Shown here one piece after another: positions 1 through 6,050 of a stretch of DNA of 10,889 nt. Numbering within the stretch: position 1 is the first letter of the stretch; every line of letters starts with the position of its first letter. This stretch comes from Candidatus Iainarchaeum sp. Lineage in GTDB: Archaea > Iainarchaeota > Iainarchaeia > Iainarchaeales > DTGL01. The notes under the pieces are model-generated. The model searched no databases, was not told the origin of the DNA, and saw only the letters and a program-made list of their open reading frames with translations. Location of the stretch: the NCBI GenBank assembly GCA_038736825.1, contig JAVYME010000037.1, forward strand, positions 1 through 10,889, written 5' to 3'. The position numbers and the translations under genes are program-made.

Positions 1-1781
1 CTTTCATTGTATTCTTCTTCAGAAATGCGCCTCTTGTAAAACTCTATTTCCAGTTTTTTCTTTTCATCCCTTATCAGTTCTATTTCGGTTTTTGGTTTTG
101 CAGGTCCTTTTTTAACCGCTTGACCTGTCTTTAATTGTGATCTGACAAAGTTTGCAAAAATGGCGAGTGCAATCAAAACTATTGCTAATAAGGCGATGCC
201 GAACCAGTCAAAGGCTTGAGTTATTTCAGTGTTCACTTCTGCTGTTCCCTTTAAGCCGTCAACGTTTGATAGAACAAGCTTTAATGAGTGTTTTCCGGAA
301 GAAAGTGGTTTGTTAAGGGTGATAGTGTAATTGTTGTTTTCGCTTTTGTTTAAAACCACGCTTTGGCTTTCACCATCAATGTAGAGAATGCCTTGATAGT
401 TGTTTTTTTGCAGTGGTTTTCCGTCAGGCATGCTTATTGCAACAGTTAGTGTTTTGCCTTCGCCTTGCTGTACAACCTGTCCAGCGCTTGGGTAAACAAA
501 TGAAACCAAGAGTTCTCTTGAAACAGCAAATTCCACTTCTTCAAAATCGCCAACCACGGTGTTTTGAACTTTTGCAGTACCGCAAACCAATAGAGTTATT
601 TTGCCTGAAGCTGAAGCTGGAATTTCAATGTCTCCTGAAAAAACCCCGTTTTCGCTTGAAAGATTGTATTTTTTTCTTAGGGATGGAATGAAAACCCAGA
701 GTTTTACATCTTCTGCTTCTGAAGGTGATTCAAAGGAAGCAGAAACTTTCACGGGCTGTCCTGCCTTTAATGTGGTTTTTTGCTTTGGATTAGGAGAATC
801 AATGCTTACATTGAAGAGAGGATTGTCTTTTTTTATTGAAATCTGGAATTCTTTTTCTGAAAGCAGGTTTCCAGAGGAATCGTTTCCCCAAACAGTAAAA
901 AACAAAGAAGCATAGTTTTCGCCGGCAGCGGAAGAAGCAAAGTCAGCTTCAAAGAAAAGCCCGTTTTTGTCTAGTTTTTTCCTTTCAATTTCTGCTCCAC
1001 CTGCAATAATTTTTGCATTGAATTCTCCACCTGTAGGGATTTGTCCGTCGGGCAAAGAAAGACCCACTTGGATTTTGCCAAATGGAACCCCAAAATAAAA
1101 GTTTTTTCCAGACAATGGATCGCTAACCAAAATCTCTGCAGGGGCAAAATAAACAGGAAACTTTTGCTCCACTGTCTTGATGCCGCTAACAATGCGAACC
1201 TCTAAAAGTTCAGTGTTTTTAAAAGAATACTTTGAGAGGATTTTTCCTTTAAAAGAATAACCATTATCTGAAAGTTCAACAGTTGAACCGCCAATTGTTG
1301 CAGTTGTTCCCTTCAAGGTTGAAACCGAAATCCTTGAATTTGAAAACGATAAAACCTCTATTATTAGTTCAGCCTCTTCGCCTTTTTTGAGGGGATTGGC
1401 TGGAGTGGTGATAGGCGACTTTATGATTGCTTTCAAAGCGGATTTTTCAACTGTCACCTGGATGGAGCCTTCACCGGACTGTCCTGCACTGTCAATGGCT
1501 GTTGCCTTTACAGTGAAATTCTTTTTTTGTTCGTTTGTCCACAAATAATAGTTGTGCATTGCCCTTGGTTCTGTTGTTGAAAGCTTGTTTCCATCCCCAA
1601 AATCCCATTCAAAGGAAACAGTGCCGCTGGCATCCTGCACTTCTGCAGTGAACTCAAAGAGATCGCCTTCAAACTTTAAAGAGTCAGGTGAAACCTTTTT
1701 CACTGAAACACTCATGGCTGGAGTTAAAGCCGAAAAGGACAGCAAACAGAAAATCAAAGCCAGAAATGTGCTTTTTTTCAT
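1..1781 (-). CDS. Secreted, membrane-anchored surface protein with a PKD domain (C-terminal end truncated by the window edge)
   Basis: Absent from the ORF track because no stop lies inside the window. I checked every +strand triplet from 3-5 up to 1779-1781 and found no TTA, CTA or TCA, so the minus frame is open for 593 codons. The ATG is at 1781..1779 and the first upstream in-frame stop is at 1812-1814. The translation starts MKKSTFLALIFCLLSFSALTPAMS, which looks like a signal peptide. It contains FEWDFGDGN, the PKD-domain signature (nt 1587-1613). A long beta-rich region follows, then a hydrophobic helix WFGIALLAIVLIALAIFANFV (about nt 144-206). A charged tail ...GPAKPKTEIELIRDEKKKLEIEFYKRRISEEEYNE runs off the window. 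Confidence 0.8.
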   Translation of the reverse strand, partial: MKKSTFLALIFCLLSFSALTPAMSVSVKKVSPDSLKFEGDLFEFTAEVQDASGTVSFEWDFGDGNKLSTTEPRAMHNYYLWTNEQKKNFTVKATAIDSAGQSGEGSIQVTVEKSALKAIIKSPITTPANPLKKGEEAELIIEVLSFSNSRISVSTLKGTTATIGGSTVELSDNGYSFKGKILSKYSFKNTELLEVRIVSGIKTVEQKFPVYFAPAEILVSDPLSGKNFYFGVPFGKIQVGLSLPDGQIPTGGEFNAKIIAGGAEIERKKLDKNGLFFEADFASSAAGENYASLFFTVWGNDSSGNLLSEKEFQISIKKDNPLFNVSIDSPNPKQKTTLKAGQPVKVSASFESPSEAEDVKLWVFIPSLRKKYNLSSENGVFSGDIEIPASASGKITLLVCGTAKVQNTVVGDFEEVEFAVSRELLVSFVYPSAGQVVQQGEGKTLTVAISMPDGKPLQKNNYQGILYIDGESQSVVLNKSENNNYTITLNKPLSSGKHSLKLVLSNVDGLKGTAEVNTEITQAFDWFGIALLAIVLIALAIFANFVRSQLKTGQAVKKGPAKPKTEIELIRDEKKKLEIEFYKRRISEEEYNE

Positions 1782-1869
1782 TTGAAATCCAGAATAATAA
1801 CACAGGTTGCATTAATAAAATTAATTATTTTATCAAAAGAACCATTTAATGCTGAAATTCTTTTTTTTT

Positions 1870-3345
1870 TCAGTAGTTTTTGGCAAAATAACTCTTTTTT
1901 TTCGCTTTTGCACCGCAAAAAAAGCACTTTCCACTGGATTCGTTTTGCGTTAAGAGAATCAGCCTGCTTGTTGCCTGTGTTTCCTCTTTTATTTTGGTTT
2001 CACATTCCTTTCTCTCGCAAAAGAAACCAAAAGCCATTTTTCCAGAATTAATGGTTTTTTCAAAAGCGGTTTTGTCTTTGACCTCAACAATGCTTGTTTC
2101 AAGGAAAGCCTTTGCCTTTTTGAAAAGGGATTCCTGGATTTTTTCCAGAATTGCCCCTGTTTCCTTTTCCAAATCGCCTTCTTTTATTGCAAGCTTTTCG
2201 CCTGTATCCCTTCTCACAACAATAAACTGTTTTTTCTCAATATCTCTTGGGCCAACCTCAATTCTGAGCGGAATGCCCTGCATTTCCCATTTATGGAATT
2301 TGAACCCAGGCGTATGGCTTTCATCAGCATCAACGAACGCTCCAAATCCAGCCAGCCTTTTTTCAAGCTCTGCGCATTTTTGGAGAACCTCTTTTCTGGA
2401 TTTTTCAAAGAGAATTGGCACAATCACAATCTTTCTTTCAGCCACCCTTGGAGGGACAACCATGCCTTTGTCATCACCGTGAACCATTGCTATTGCCCCA
2501 ATAAGCCTGGTGGAAATGCCCCAAGAGGTCTGCCAAGCAAACTGTTCCTTTCCCTTTTCATCCAAAAACCTGATTCCAAAAGGCTTTGAAAAATTTTGCC
2601 CGAGCATGTGCGAAGTGCCCATCTGCAATGCCTTTCCGTTTGGCATCAACGCCTCCATTGTGAGAGTGTAATCTGCTCCCGGAAACTTTTCACACTCTGA
2701 TTTTTTCCCCCACAAAACAGGGATTGCCAAAAAATTTTCAATCAAGTCAATGTATTCCTTTAAGATTGCGAGAGCCTCCCTTTCAGCCTCCTCTTTTGTT
2801 GCATGCGCTGTATGGCCTTCCTGCCATAAAAACTCGCGAGTGCGCAGGAAAGGCCTTGGATGCTTGAACTCCCATCTCACAATGTTAACCCACTGGTTTA
2901 AAAGCAAAGGCAAGTCTCTGTGGGAGCGCACCCATTTGGCATAGCTTTCATAAAAAATCGTTTCAGAGGTGGGCCTTATTGCAAGCCTTTCCTCCAGTTT
3001 TGTGTTTCCGGCTTTTTCAACCCAAGCAACTTCTGGCTCAAAGCCTTCAACGTGCTCTTTCTCTTTCTCAAACAAGTGCTCTGGAATAAACAATGGAAAA
3101 TAAACGTTTCTATGCCCTGTCTTTTTTATTTTTGCATTGAAGATTTCCTGTATTTTTTCCCAGATAGAGTAAGCGTTTGGCCTTAAAACCATGCAACCGC
3201 TCACACTCGTGTAGTCAGCCAGTTCTGCTTTTTGAATGAGTTGAGCGAACCATTCAGTGAAATTTTCCCCTTTTTTGACTGTAAGGGCAAGGGTTTGCTC
3301 TGCACCCTTTTCATTTCCATTACTGGCTTCAGCCTTTTTGCCCAT
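1870..3345 (-). CDS. proS: Prolyl-tRNA synthetase, archaeal/eukaryal type
   Basis: 491-aa ORF. The N-terminal FTEWFAQLIQKAELADY...GCMVLRPNAYSIWE, the class II core, and a C-terminal Zn-type Cys cluster (CERKEC...CFFCG) fit archaeal-type ProRS. So does the terminal Tyr (..FAKNY*). An A8 run inside the gene (complement of 1895-1902) stays in frame. Confidence 0.95.
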   Translation of the reverse strand: MGKKAEASNGNEKGAEQTLALTVKKGENFTEWFAQLIQKAELADYTSVSGCMVLRPNAYSIWEKIQEIFNAKIKKTGHRNVYFPLFIPEHLFEKEKEHVEGFEPEVAWVEKAGNTKLEERLAIRPTSETIFYESYAKWVRSHRDLPLLLNQWVNIVRWEFKHPRPFLRTREFLWQEGHTAHATKEEAEREALAILKEYIDLIENFLAIPVLWGKKSECEKFPGADYTLTMEALMPNGKALQMGTSHMLGQNFSKPFGIRFLDEKGKEQFAWQTSWGISTRLIGAIAMVHGDDKGMVVPPRVAERKIVIVPILFEKSRKEVLQKCAELEKRLAGFGAFVDADESHTPGFKFHKWEMQGIPLRIEVGPRDIEKKQFIVVRRDTGEKLAIKEGDLEKETGAILEKIQESLFKKAKAFLETSIVEVKDKTAFEKTINSGKMAFGFFCERKECETKIKEETQATSRLILLTQNESSGKCFFCGAKAKKKSYFAKNY

Positions 3346-3432
3346 TTAAACCACTTACTAATTCATTATTGCTATTGTTTTTAAGGATTGGGTTAAGTGA
3401 ATTTGGCAAAAACAGCCCTTTTTGCTTTAATC

Positions 3433-3468
3433 ATGCTTCAAATAGAAGCATATTTAAATCATTGCTTC
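3433..3468 (+). promoter_or_regulatory. Putative promoter/operator of the RHH gene: a 19-nt palindrome abutting a TATA-like box, plus a third half-site
   Basis: ATGCTTC-AAATA-GAAGCAT is a perfect 7+7 inverted repeat at 3433-3451. It overlaps ATATTTAAAT (3450-3459), which sits about 45-50 nt upstream of the GTG start at 3504. A further GCTTC lies at 3464-3468. RHH antitoxins typically bind inverted repeats in their own promoter. Confidence 0.35.
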
Positions 3469-3503
3469 CATTTTTTGTTGTGCCTTTGTTTGAGGTGTTT
3501 TGG

Positions 3504-3746
3504 GTGAATGTAGTCTTGAGAGGCAGAACCAAAAAAATTGTTGAATTTCTTGTAAAGGAAGGTTATGCAAATTCCAAGTCTGAGGCAATCCGCTTGGCGA
3601 TTGTAGATTTCGGCGAAAGACATTTGGGGGAAATTGAGCTTGTGAACAGGAAGCTTGATTTTTTGGACCAAAAAGTCAAGGAAGGGAAGAGGCGCCTATT
3701 GAACGCAAATGAAGCGCTAGGGCCTCACGCAAAACACTTGGAATAG
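3504..3746 (+). CDS. Ribbon-helix-helix (CopG/RHH-family) DNA-binding protein, putative antitoxin
   Basis: The track ORF 3369-3746 begins at a TTG and its first 45 codons look non-coding. An in-frame GTG at 3504 follows GAGGTG (3492-3497) at 6-nt spacing. The product VNVVLRGRTKKIVEFLVKEGYANSKSEAIRLAIVDFGERHL has the strand-helix-helix pattern of RHH/CopG proteins, including the ..SKSEAIR.A. motif. A charged C-terminal extension follows. Start choice is uncertain; TTG at 3516 is also possible. Confidence 0.7.
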   Translation: MNVVLRGRTKKIVEFLVKEGYANSKSEAIRLAIVDFGERHLGEIELVNRKLDFLDQKVKEGKRRLLNANEALGPHAKHLE

Positions 3747-3797
3747 TTTTTTGTCAGTCAGGGGAAGCGAGCTTCCAATATCCTTTTTTCTGTTTTT
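3747..3797 (+). terminator. Oligo-T tracts plus a small hairpin between the antitoxin and toxin genes
   Basis: T6 at 3747-3752 sits immediately after the TAG stop. A hairpin GGAAG-CGAG-CTTCC lies within 3763-3776. T6 at 3784-3789 and T5 at 3793-3797 follow. Oligo-T is the usual archaeal termination signal. Confidence 0.35.
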
Positions 3798-3814
3798 CCT
3801 TAACTTTGTGCTTG

Positions 3815-4079
3815 ATGTACTCTGCGGTTTTTGATGAGGCTTGGCCAAAGCATTTTGAGCGCCTTTCGTTTGAAGTTAGGGAGCGAGTTGCCAAAAAAAA
3901 TAAAAATCGTCCTTCAGTTTCCACAAAAAAGGCATTTGAGGAAAGGTGCAAGCTTTTTTGTTTCCGAAGTAGGACAATATCGAATTCTTTACAGGGTTTT
4001 CGAAGAAAAGAAAGAGGCGAGATTCTATTTTGTGGGCAATCATAAGGAATACGAAAGATGGTATAGGCAATTCTTTTAA
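3815..4079 (+). pseudogene. RelE/ParE-family toxin split by a +1 frameshift at an A8 run
   Basis: From ATG 3815 the frame gives MYSAVFDEAWPKHFERLSFEVRERVAKK..., a RelE-like N-terminus. The +1 frame gives ..KKIKIVLQFPQKRHLRKGASFFVSEVGQYRILYRVFEEKKEARFYFVGNHKEYERWYRQFF* (stop at 4077-4079), which carries the RelE/ParE core G.YRI.Y....[H/R]K.Y. The two halves overlap at A8 (3893-3900). Removing one A yields a contiguous toxin of about 87 aa. As written, the first frame terminates at 4045 after unrelated sequence. Confidence 0.7.
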
Positions 4080-4084
4080 GCCAG

Positions 4085-4116
4085 TTTTTTTAATAGTGAT
4101 TCAAGCTTTTTTTTTT
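4085..4116 (+). terminator. Oligo-T terminator tracts downstream of the toxin gene
   Basis: T7 (4085-4091) and T10 (4107-4116) lie within 40 nt of the stop at 4079. Confidence 0.4.
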
Positions 4117-4191
4117 AAACCAGTGCATTCCTACAATTGCCTTTATGGCATTACTGCATTGCCATTTATTTTTTAAAAAAAGGCAGGGAAA

Positions 4192-4266
4192 CGGGGCCAC
4201 TGGGATTTGAACCCAGGTTGCTGGCACCCCAAGCCAGAGTGATGGACCAGGCTACACTATGGCCCC
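4192..4266 (-). tRNA. tRNA-Pro (anticodon GGG)
   Basis: The reverse complement reads GGGGCCA-TA-GTGT-AGCCTGGTCCA-TCAC-T-CTGGC-TTGGGGT-GCCAG-CAAC-CTGGG-TTCAAAT-CCCAG-TGGCCCC-G. It has a 7-bp acceptor stem, 5-bp anticodon and T stems, and G37. It is 75 nt with no encoded CCA and a G discriminator. A T7 run follows on the minus strand (complement of 4175-4181). Confidence 0.93.
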
Positions 4267-4400
4267 TAAAAGCGCAAAAGTTTTTTTTGGTTTGGCTGGC
4301 TTGCCTTTGCCAAAGCACCAATATTATTTGAATGCAACATTCTTTATAATGCCTTGCTTGGATTTTGCAGTCAGCTGGAAATCGGGTTACTGTCAGGCTT

Positions 4401-4429
4401 TTTATATTGTTTCTTGTAAAAAACAATAT
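4401..4429 (+). promoter_or_regulatory. TATA-like box overlapped by a 9-bp inverted repeat, upstream of the small membrane protein gene
   Basis: TTTATATT lies at 4401-4408. ATATTGTTT (4404-4412) and AAACAATAT (4421-4429) form a perfect inverted repeat with an 8-nt spacer. GGGTG (4437-4441) could serve as a Shine-Dalgarno site for the GTG at 4449. Confidence 0.3.
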
Positions 4430-4469
4430 TATTTTTGGGTGTTTTAAAGTGGAAGTGCAAAAAAAGCCA

Positions 4470-4928
4470 ATGCCTGCTGGAATGATTATAATTCTTGTTT
4501 TGGAATTGCTTAGCATTCTTGTGCTGGTCGGCTCTTTGAGCGGCCCTTTACAAATCGGACCAGTTGTTTTGACTGGTTTGGCGGCAATTTTTTTTGGATT
4601 TTTCCAAATAATAGTTAATGGAACTGTTTGTTTTAGCATAATCAAGAGGCCAAAGTGGGGTTGGAAGTTCATACTGGGAGCTTATGCCTTTTTTATTTTC
4701 ATTGGAATTGTTAGCTTTTTGTTTTTTGCTTTTGACAAAAACACTCAAGACACTTTTTTCAACCTTTTGGCTTCAGAATTGGAAGCACAAAACTTGGACA
4801 CTTCCTTGAGTAATGAATTTTTTTCAATAATGTTTCCTTTTTTGCTGGCAGCACTGGTTTTTGGCATCATTGTAAATATTATAATTGCAGTTTATGTTTT
4901 CAAGAAAAAGGACTTTTTTGAAAACTAA
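4470..4928 (+). CDS. Small integral membrane protein (about 4 TM helices), function unknown
   Basis: The track ORF 4365-4928 was trimmed to ATG 4470; GTG 4449 with an upstream GGGTG is an alternative start. The product MPAGMIIILVLELLSILVLVG... has four long hydrophobic segments and a KKKDFFEN tail. I recognise no family. T8 follows directly after the stop. Confidence 0.65.
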   Translation: MPAGMIIILVLELLSILVLVGSLSGPLQIGPVVLTGLAAIFFGFFQIIVNGTVCFSIIKRPKWGWKFILGAYAFFIFIGIVSFLFFAFDKNTQDTFFNLLASELEAQNLDTSLSNEFFSIMFPFLLAALVFGIIVNIIIAVYVFKKKDFFEN

Positions 4929-4936
4929 TTTTTTTT
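4929..4936 (+). terminator. Oligo-T (T8) immediately after the membrane protein stop codon
   Basis: TAA at 4926-4928 is followed by TTTTTTTT at 4929-4936. Confidence 0.4.
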
Positions 4937-4951
4937 CTGAAAACTTTAAAG

Positions 4952-5051
4952 TGAGCCCGGCGGGATTCGAACCCGCGACACCCAGATTAAGAGTTTCACC
5001 CTGAACTTCAAAATTCAGACTGGTGCTCTAACCAAGCTGAGCTACGGGCCC
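4952..5051 (-). tRNA. tRNA-Lys (anticodon CUU) with a 25-nt intron at non-canonical position 30/31
   Basis: The reverse complement reads GGGCCCG-TA-GCTC-AGCTTGGTTA-GAGC-A-CCAG[intron]A-CTCTTAA-TCTGG-GTGTC-GCGGG-TTCGAAT-CCCGC-CGGGCTC-A. The spliced form is a regular 75-nt cloverleaf with anticodon stem CCAGA/TCTGG and loop CU-CUU-AA. The unspliced sequence has no acceptable anticodon stem. The acceptor stem has one G2-U71 wobble, the discriminator is A, and no CCA is encoded. Confidence 0.88.
4995..5019 (-). other. tRNA-Lys intron (25 nt) in a bulge-helix-bulge splicing motif
   Basis: The intron is TCTGAATTTTGAAGTTCAGGGTGAA. The pre-tRNA folds as AGAG/CTCT helix, 3-nt bulge AA^A, 4-bp helix CACC/GGTG, 3-nt bulge AG^T, then CTGAA/TTCAG helix. 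Both inferred junctions fall after the second bulge nucleotide. This matches a canonical archaeal endonuclease substrate. Confidence 0.8.
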
Positions 5052-5108
5052 ACGAACAGTTCCAACTAATGAAAATGCTGGGATACTATTAAAAAGATTC
5101 AGTAAAAG

Positions 5109-5183
5109 CGGGGCTGCTGAGATTTGAACTCAGGTCGCAAGCTCCCAAAGCTTGTATGCTGAACCAGGCTACACCACAGCCCC
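5109..5183 (-). tRNA. tRNA-Pro (anticodon UGG)
   Basis: The reverse complement reads GGGGCTG-TG-GTGT-AGCCTGGTTCA-GCAT-A-CAAGC-TTTGGGA-GCTTG-CGAC-CTGAG-TTCAAAT-CTCAG-CAGCCCC-G. It is 75 nt with G37, a G discriminator and no encoded CCA. Confidence 0.93.
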
Positions 5184-5225
5184 TGCTTTTGTAATAATTA
5201 TTTGTTTAAGGTTGTTTTTTAAAAG

Positions 5226-6050
5226 ATGCTGGGCTTTTTATTTTTTGGTGTTCCAATGTTTGATGCTTTTGTTGTTCTTTCCAGTGTCAGGGAAAAAAAG
5301 CCGTTAGTGCACCATATCACGAACTGGGTTACAATTTATGATTGTGCGCAAATTACCAGGGCGTGTGGAGCGCTGCCAGTGATGGCGCACGCGCCAGAAG
5401 AGGTTGAAGAAATGGTTTCAATTGCTGGAGCGCTTGTGCTAAACATTGGCACTCTCACTAGAGAACTTGTAGAGGCAATGGTTTTGGCTGGCAGAAAAGC
5501 AAACTCTCTTGGTGTTCCAGTTGTTTTGGATGCTGTTGGAGTTGGAGCAACAAAGTTCAGGAATGCAAAGAGTGCTGAATTGTTGGAAAAAGTGCGCTTT
5601 ACAGTAATAAAAGGTAATTCTTCTGAAATTGGTGCGCTTGCTGGCACGAAAGCGTTTACTAGGGGCGTTGAAGCCGAAAAGGTTGAAGGCTCTCTGCCTG
5701 AAATCGCGGGAAAACTAGCAAGGGAAAAGAATTGCGTTGTTGTTGTTACTGGAAAGGAAGACATTGTCTGTAATGGCAGGAAAACCCTTTTGGTTAAAAA
5801 CGGGCACGAATTGATGGGAAAAATTGTTGGCACTGGTTGCATGGCGGCTTCAGTGCTTGGAGCATTCAATGCAGTGGAAAAAGATTCCTTAAAGGCAAGC
5901 GCTTGCGCGCTCGCATGCTATGGGATTGCTGGAGAGATTGCTGCAAAAAAGGCGAAAACTCCATTGAAATTCAAGACAGGGTTTTTTGACTCATTTTATT
6001 CTTTGTCTGAAAAGGATTTAAGGAAAGCAAAAATAGGGGAATTGAAATGA
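5226..6050 (+). CDS. thiM: Hydroxyethylthiazole kinase
   Basis: The motifs PLVHHITNWVTIYDCAQITRACGALPVMAHAPEEVEEM, ALVLNIGTL, PVVLDAVGVGATKFR, IKGNSSEI and GTGCMAASVLGAF match the ThiM family closely; I compared against B. subtilis ThiM from memory. Start is either ATG 5226 or ATG 5256. ATG 5226 could be leaderless, with TAATAATTATTT centred about 28 nt upstream. ATG 5256 is preceded by GGTG at 5246-5249 and gives the usual ~15 residues before PLVH. Confidence 0.9.
   Translation: MLGFLFFGVPMFDAFVVLSSVREKKPLVHHITNWVTIYDCAQITRACGALPVMAHAPEEVEEMVSIAGALVLNIGTLTRELVEAMVLAGRKANSLGVPVVLDAVGVGATKFRNAKSAELLEKVRFTVIKGNSSEIGALAGTKAFTRGVEAEKVEGSLPEIAGKLAREKNCVVVVTGKEDIVCNGRKTLLVKNGHELMGKIVGTGCMAASVLGAFNAVEKDSLKASACALACYGIAGEIAAKKAKTPLKFKTGFFDSFYSLSEKDLRKAKIGELK

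Noticed and set aside
413-1785. Plus- and minus-strand track ORFs of 73-104 aa: 413-691, 601-915, 971-1192 and 1552-1785
   Set aside because: All lie inside the 593-codon PKD-protein frame, either antisense to it or in another frame. Their translations are low-complexity with no recognisable motifs.
1994-2482. 162-aa plus-strand ORF, and the other ORFs overlapping proS (1782-2051, 2214-2423, 2293-2589, 2750-2944, 2920-3186)
   Set aside because: They are antisense or out of frame relative to a confidently identified ProRS. These are shadow ORFs.
3369-3503. TTG-initiated N-terminal extension of the RHH ORF (MLLFLRIGLSEFGK...)
   Set aside because: The extension covers the promoter-like palindrome and TATA region and has no protein-like character. 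The GTG at 3504 has a good GAGGTG Shine-Dalgarno site and gives a normal-length RHH protein.
3893-3900. Programmed -1 ribosomal frameshift on the slippery A AAA AAA heptamer in the toxin gene
   Set aside because: The downstream toxin frame is +1 relative to the upstream frame, not -1. I saw no stimulatory structure downstream. Mutation, transcriptional slippage or sequencing error are more economical explanations.
3346-4191. The toxin-antitoxin cassette as cargo of an element integrated at the 3' end of tRNA-Pro(GGG)
   Set aside because: I looked in 3346-3500 for a direct repeat of the tRNA 3' half (GGGATTTGAACCCAGG...) and found only weak resemblance (GGATTGGGTTAAG). No integrase is present. 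The same check for tRNA-Lys and the 4470-4928 gene was also negative.
4080-4469. Box C/D or other small RNA in the two longer intergenic regions (4080-4191 and 4267-4469)
   Set aside because: I found no RUGAUGA / CUGA box pairs on either strand and no convincing stable stem. The repeated GCATT/ATTGCC strings look like chance in AT-rich spacer.
4137-4672. Track ORFs 4137-4331(+), 4166-4672(-), 4259-4447(+), 4548-4748(-), and the 4365-4469 extension of the membrane protein ORF
   Set aside because: They run through tRNA-Pro(GGG) or the intergenic promoter region, or they are antisense to the membrane protein gene. None has a protein-like sequence.
5184-5260. TPP riboswitch upstream of thiM
   Set aside because: Only 42 nt lie between the tRNA and the first ATG, which is too short. 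The CTGAGA string nearby (5117-5122) is part of the tRNA-Pro T-arm and acceptor region.
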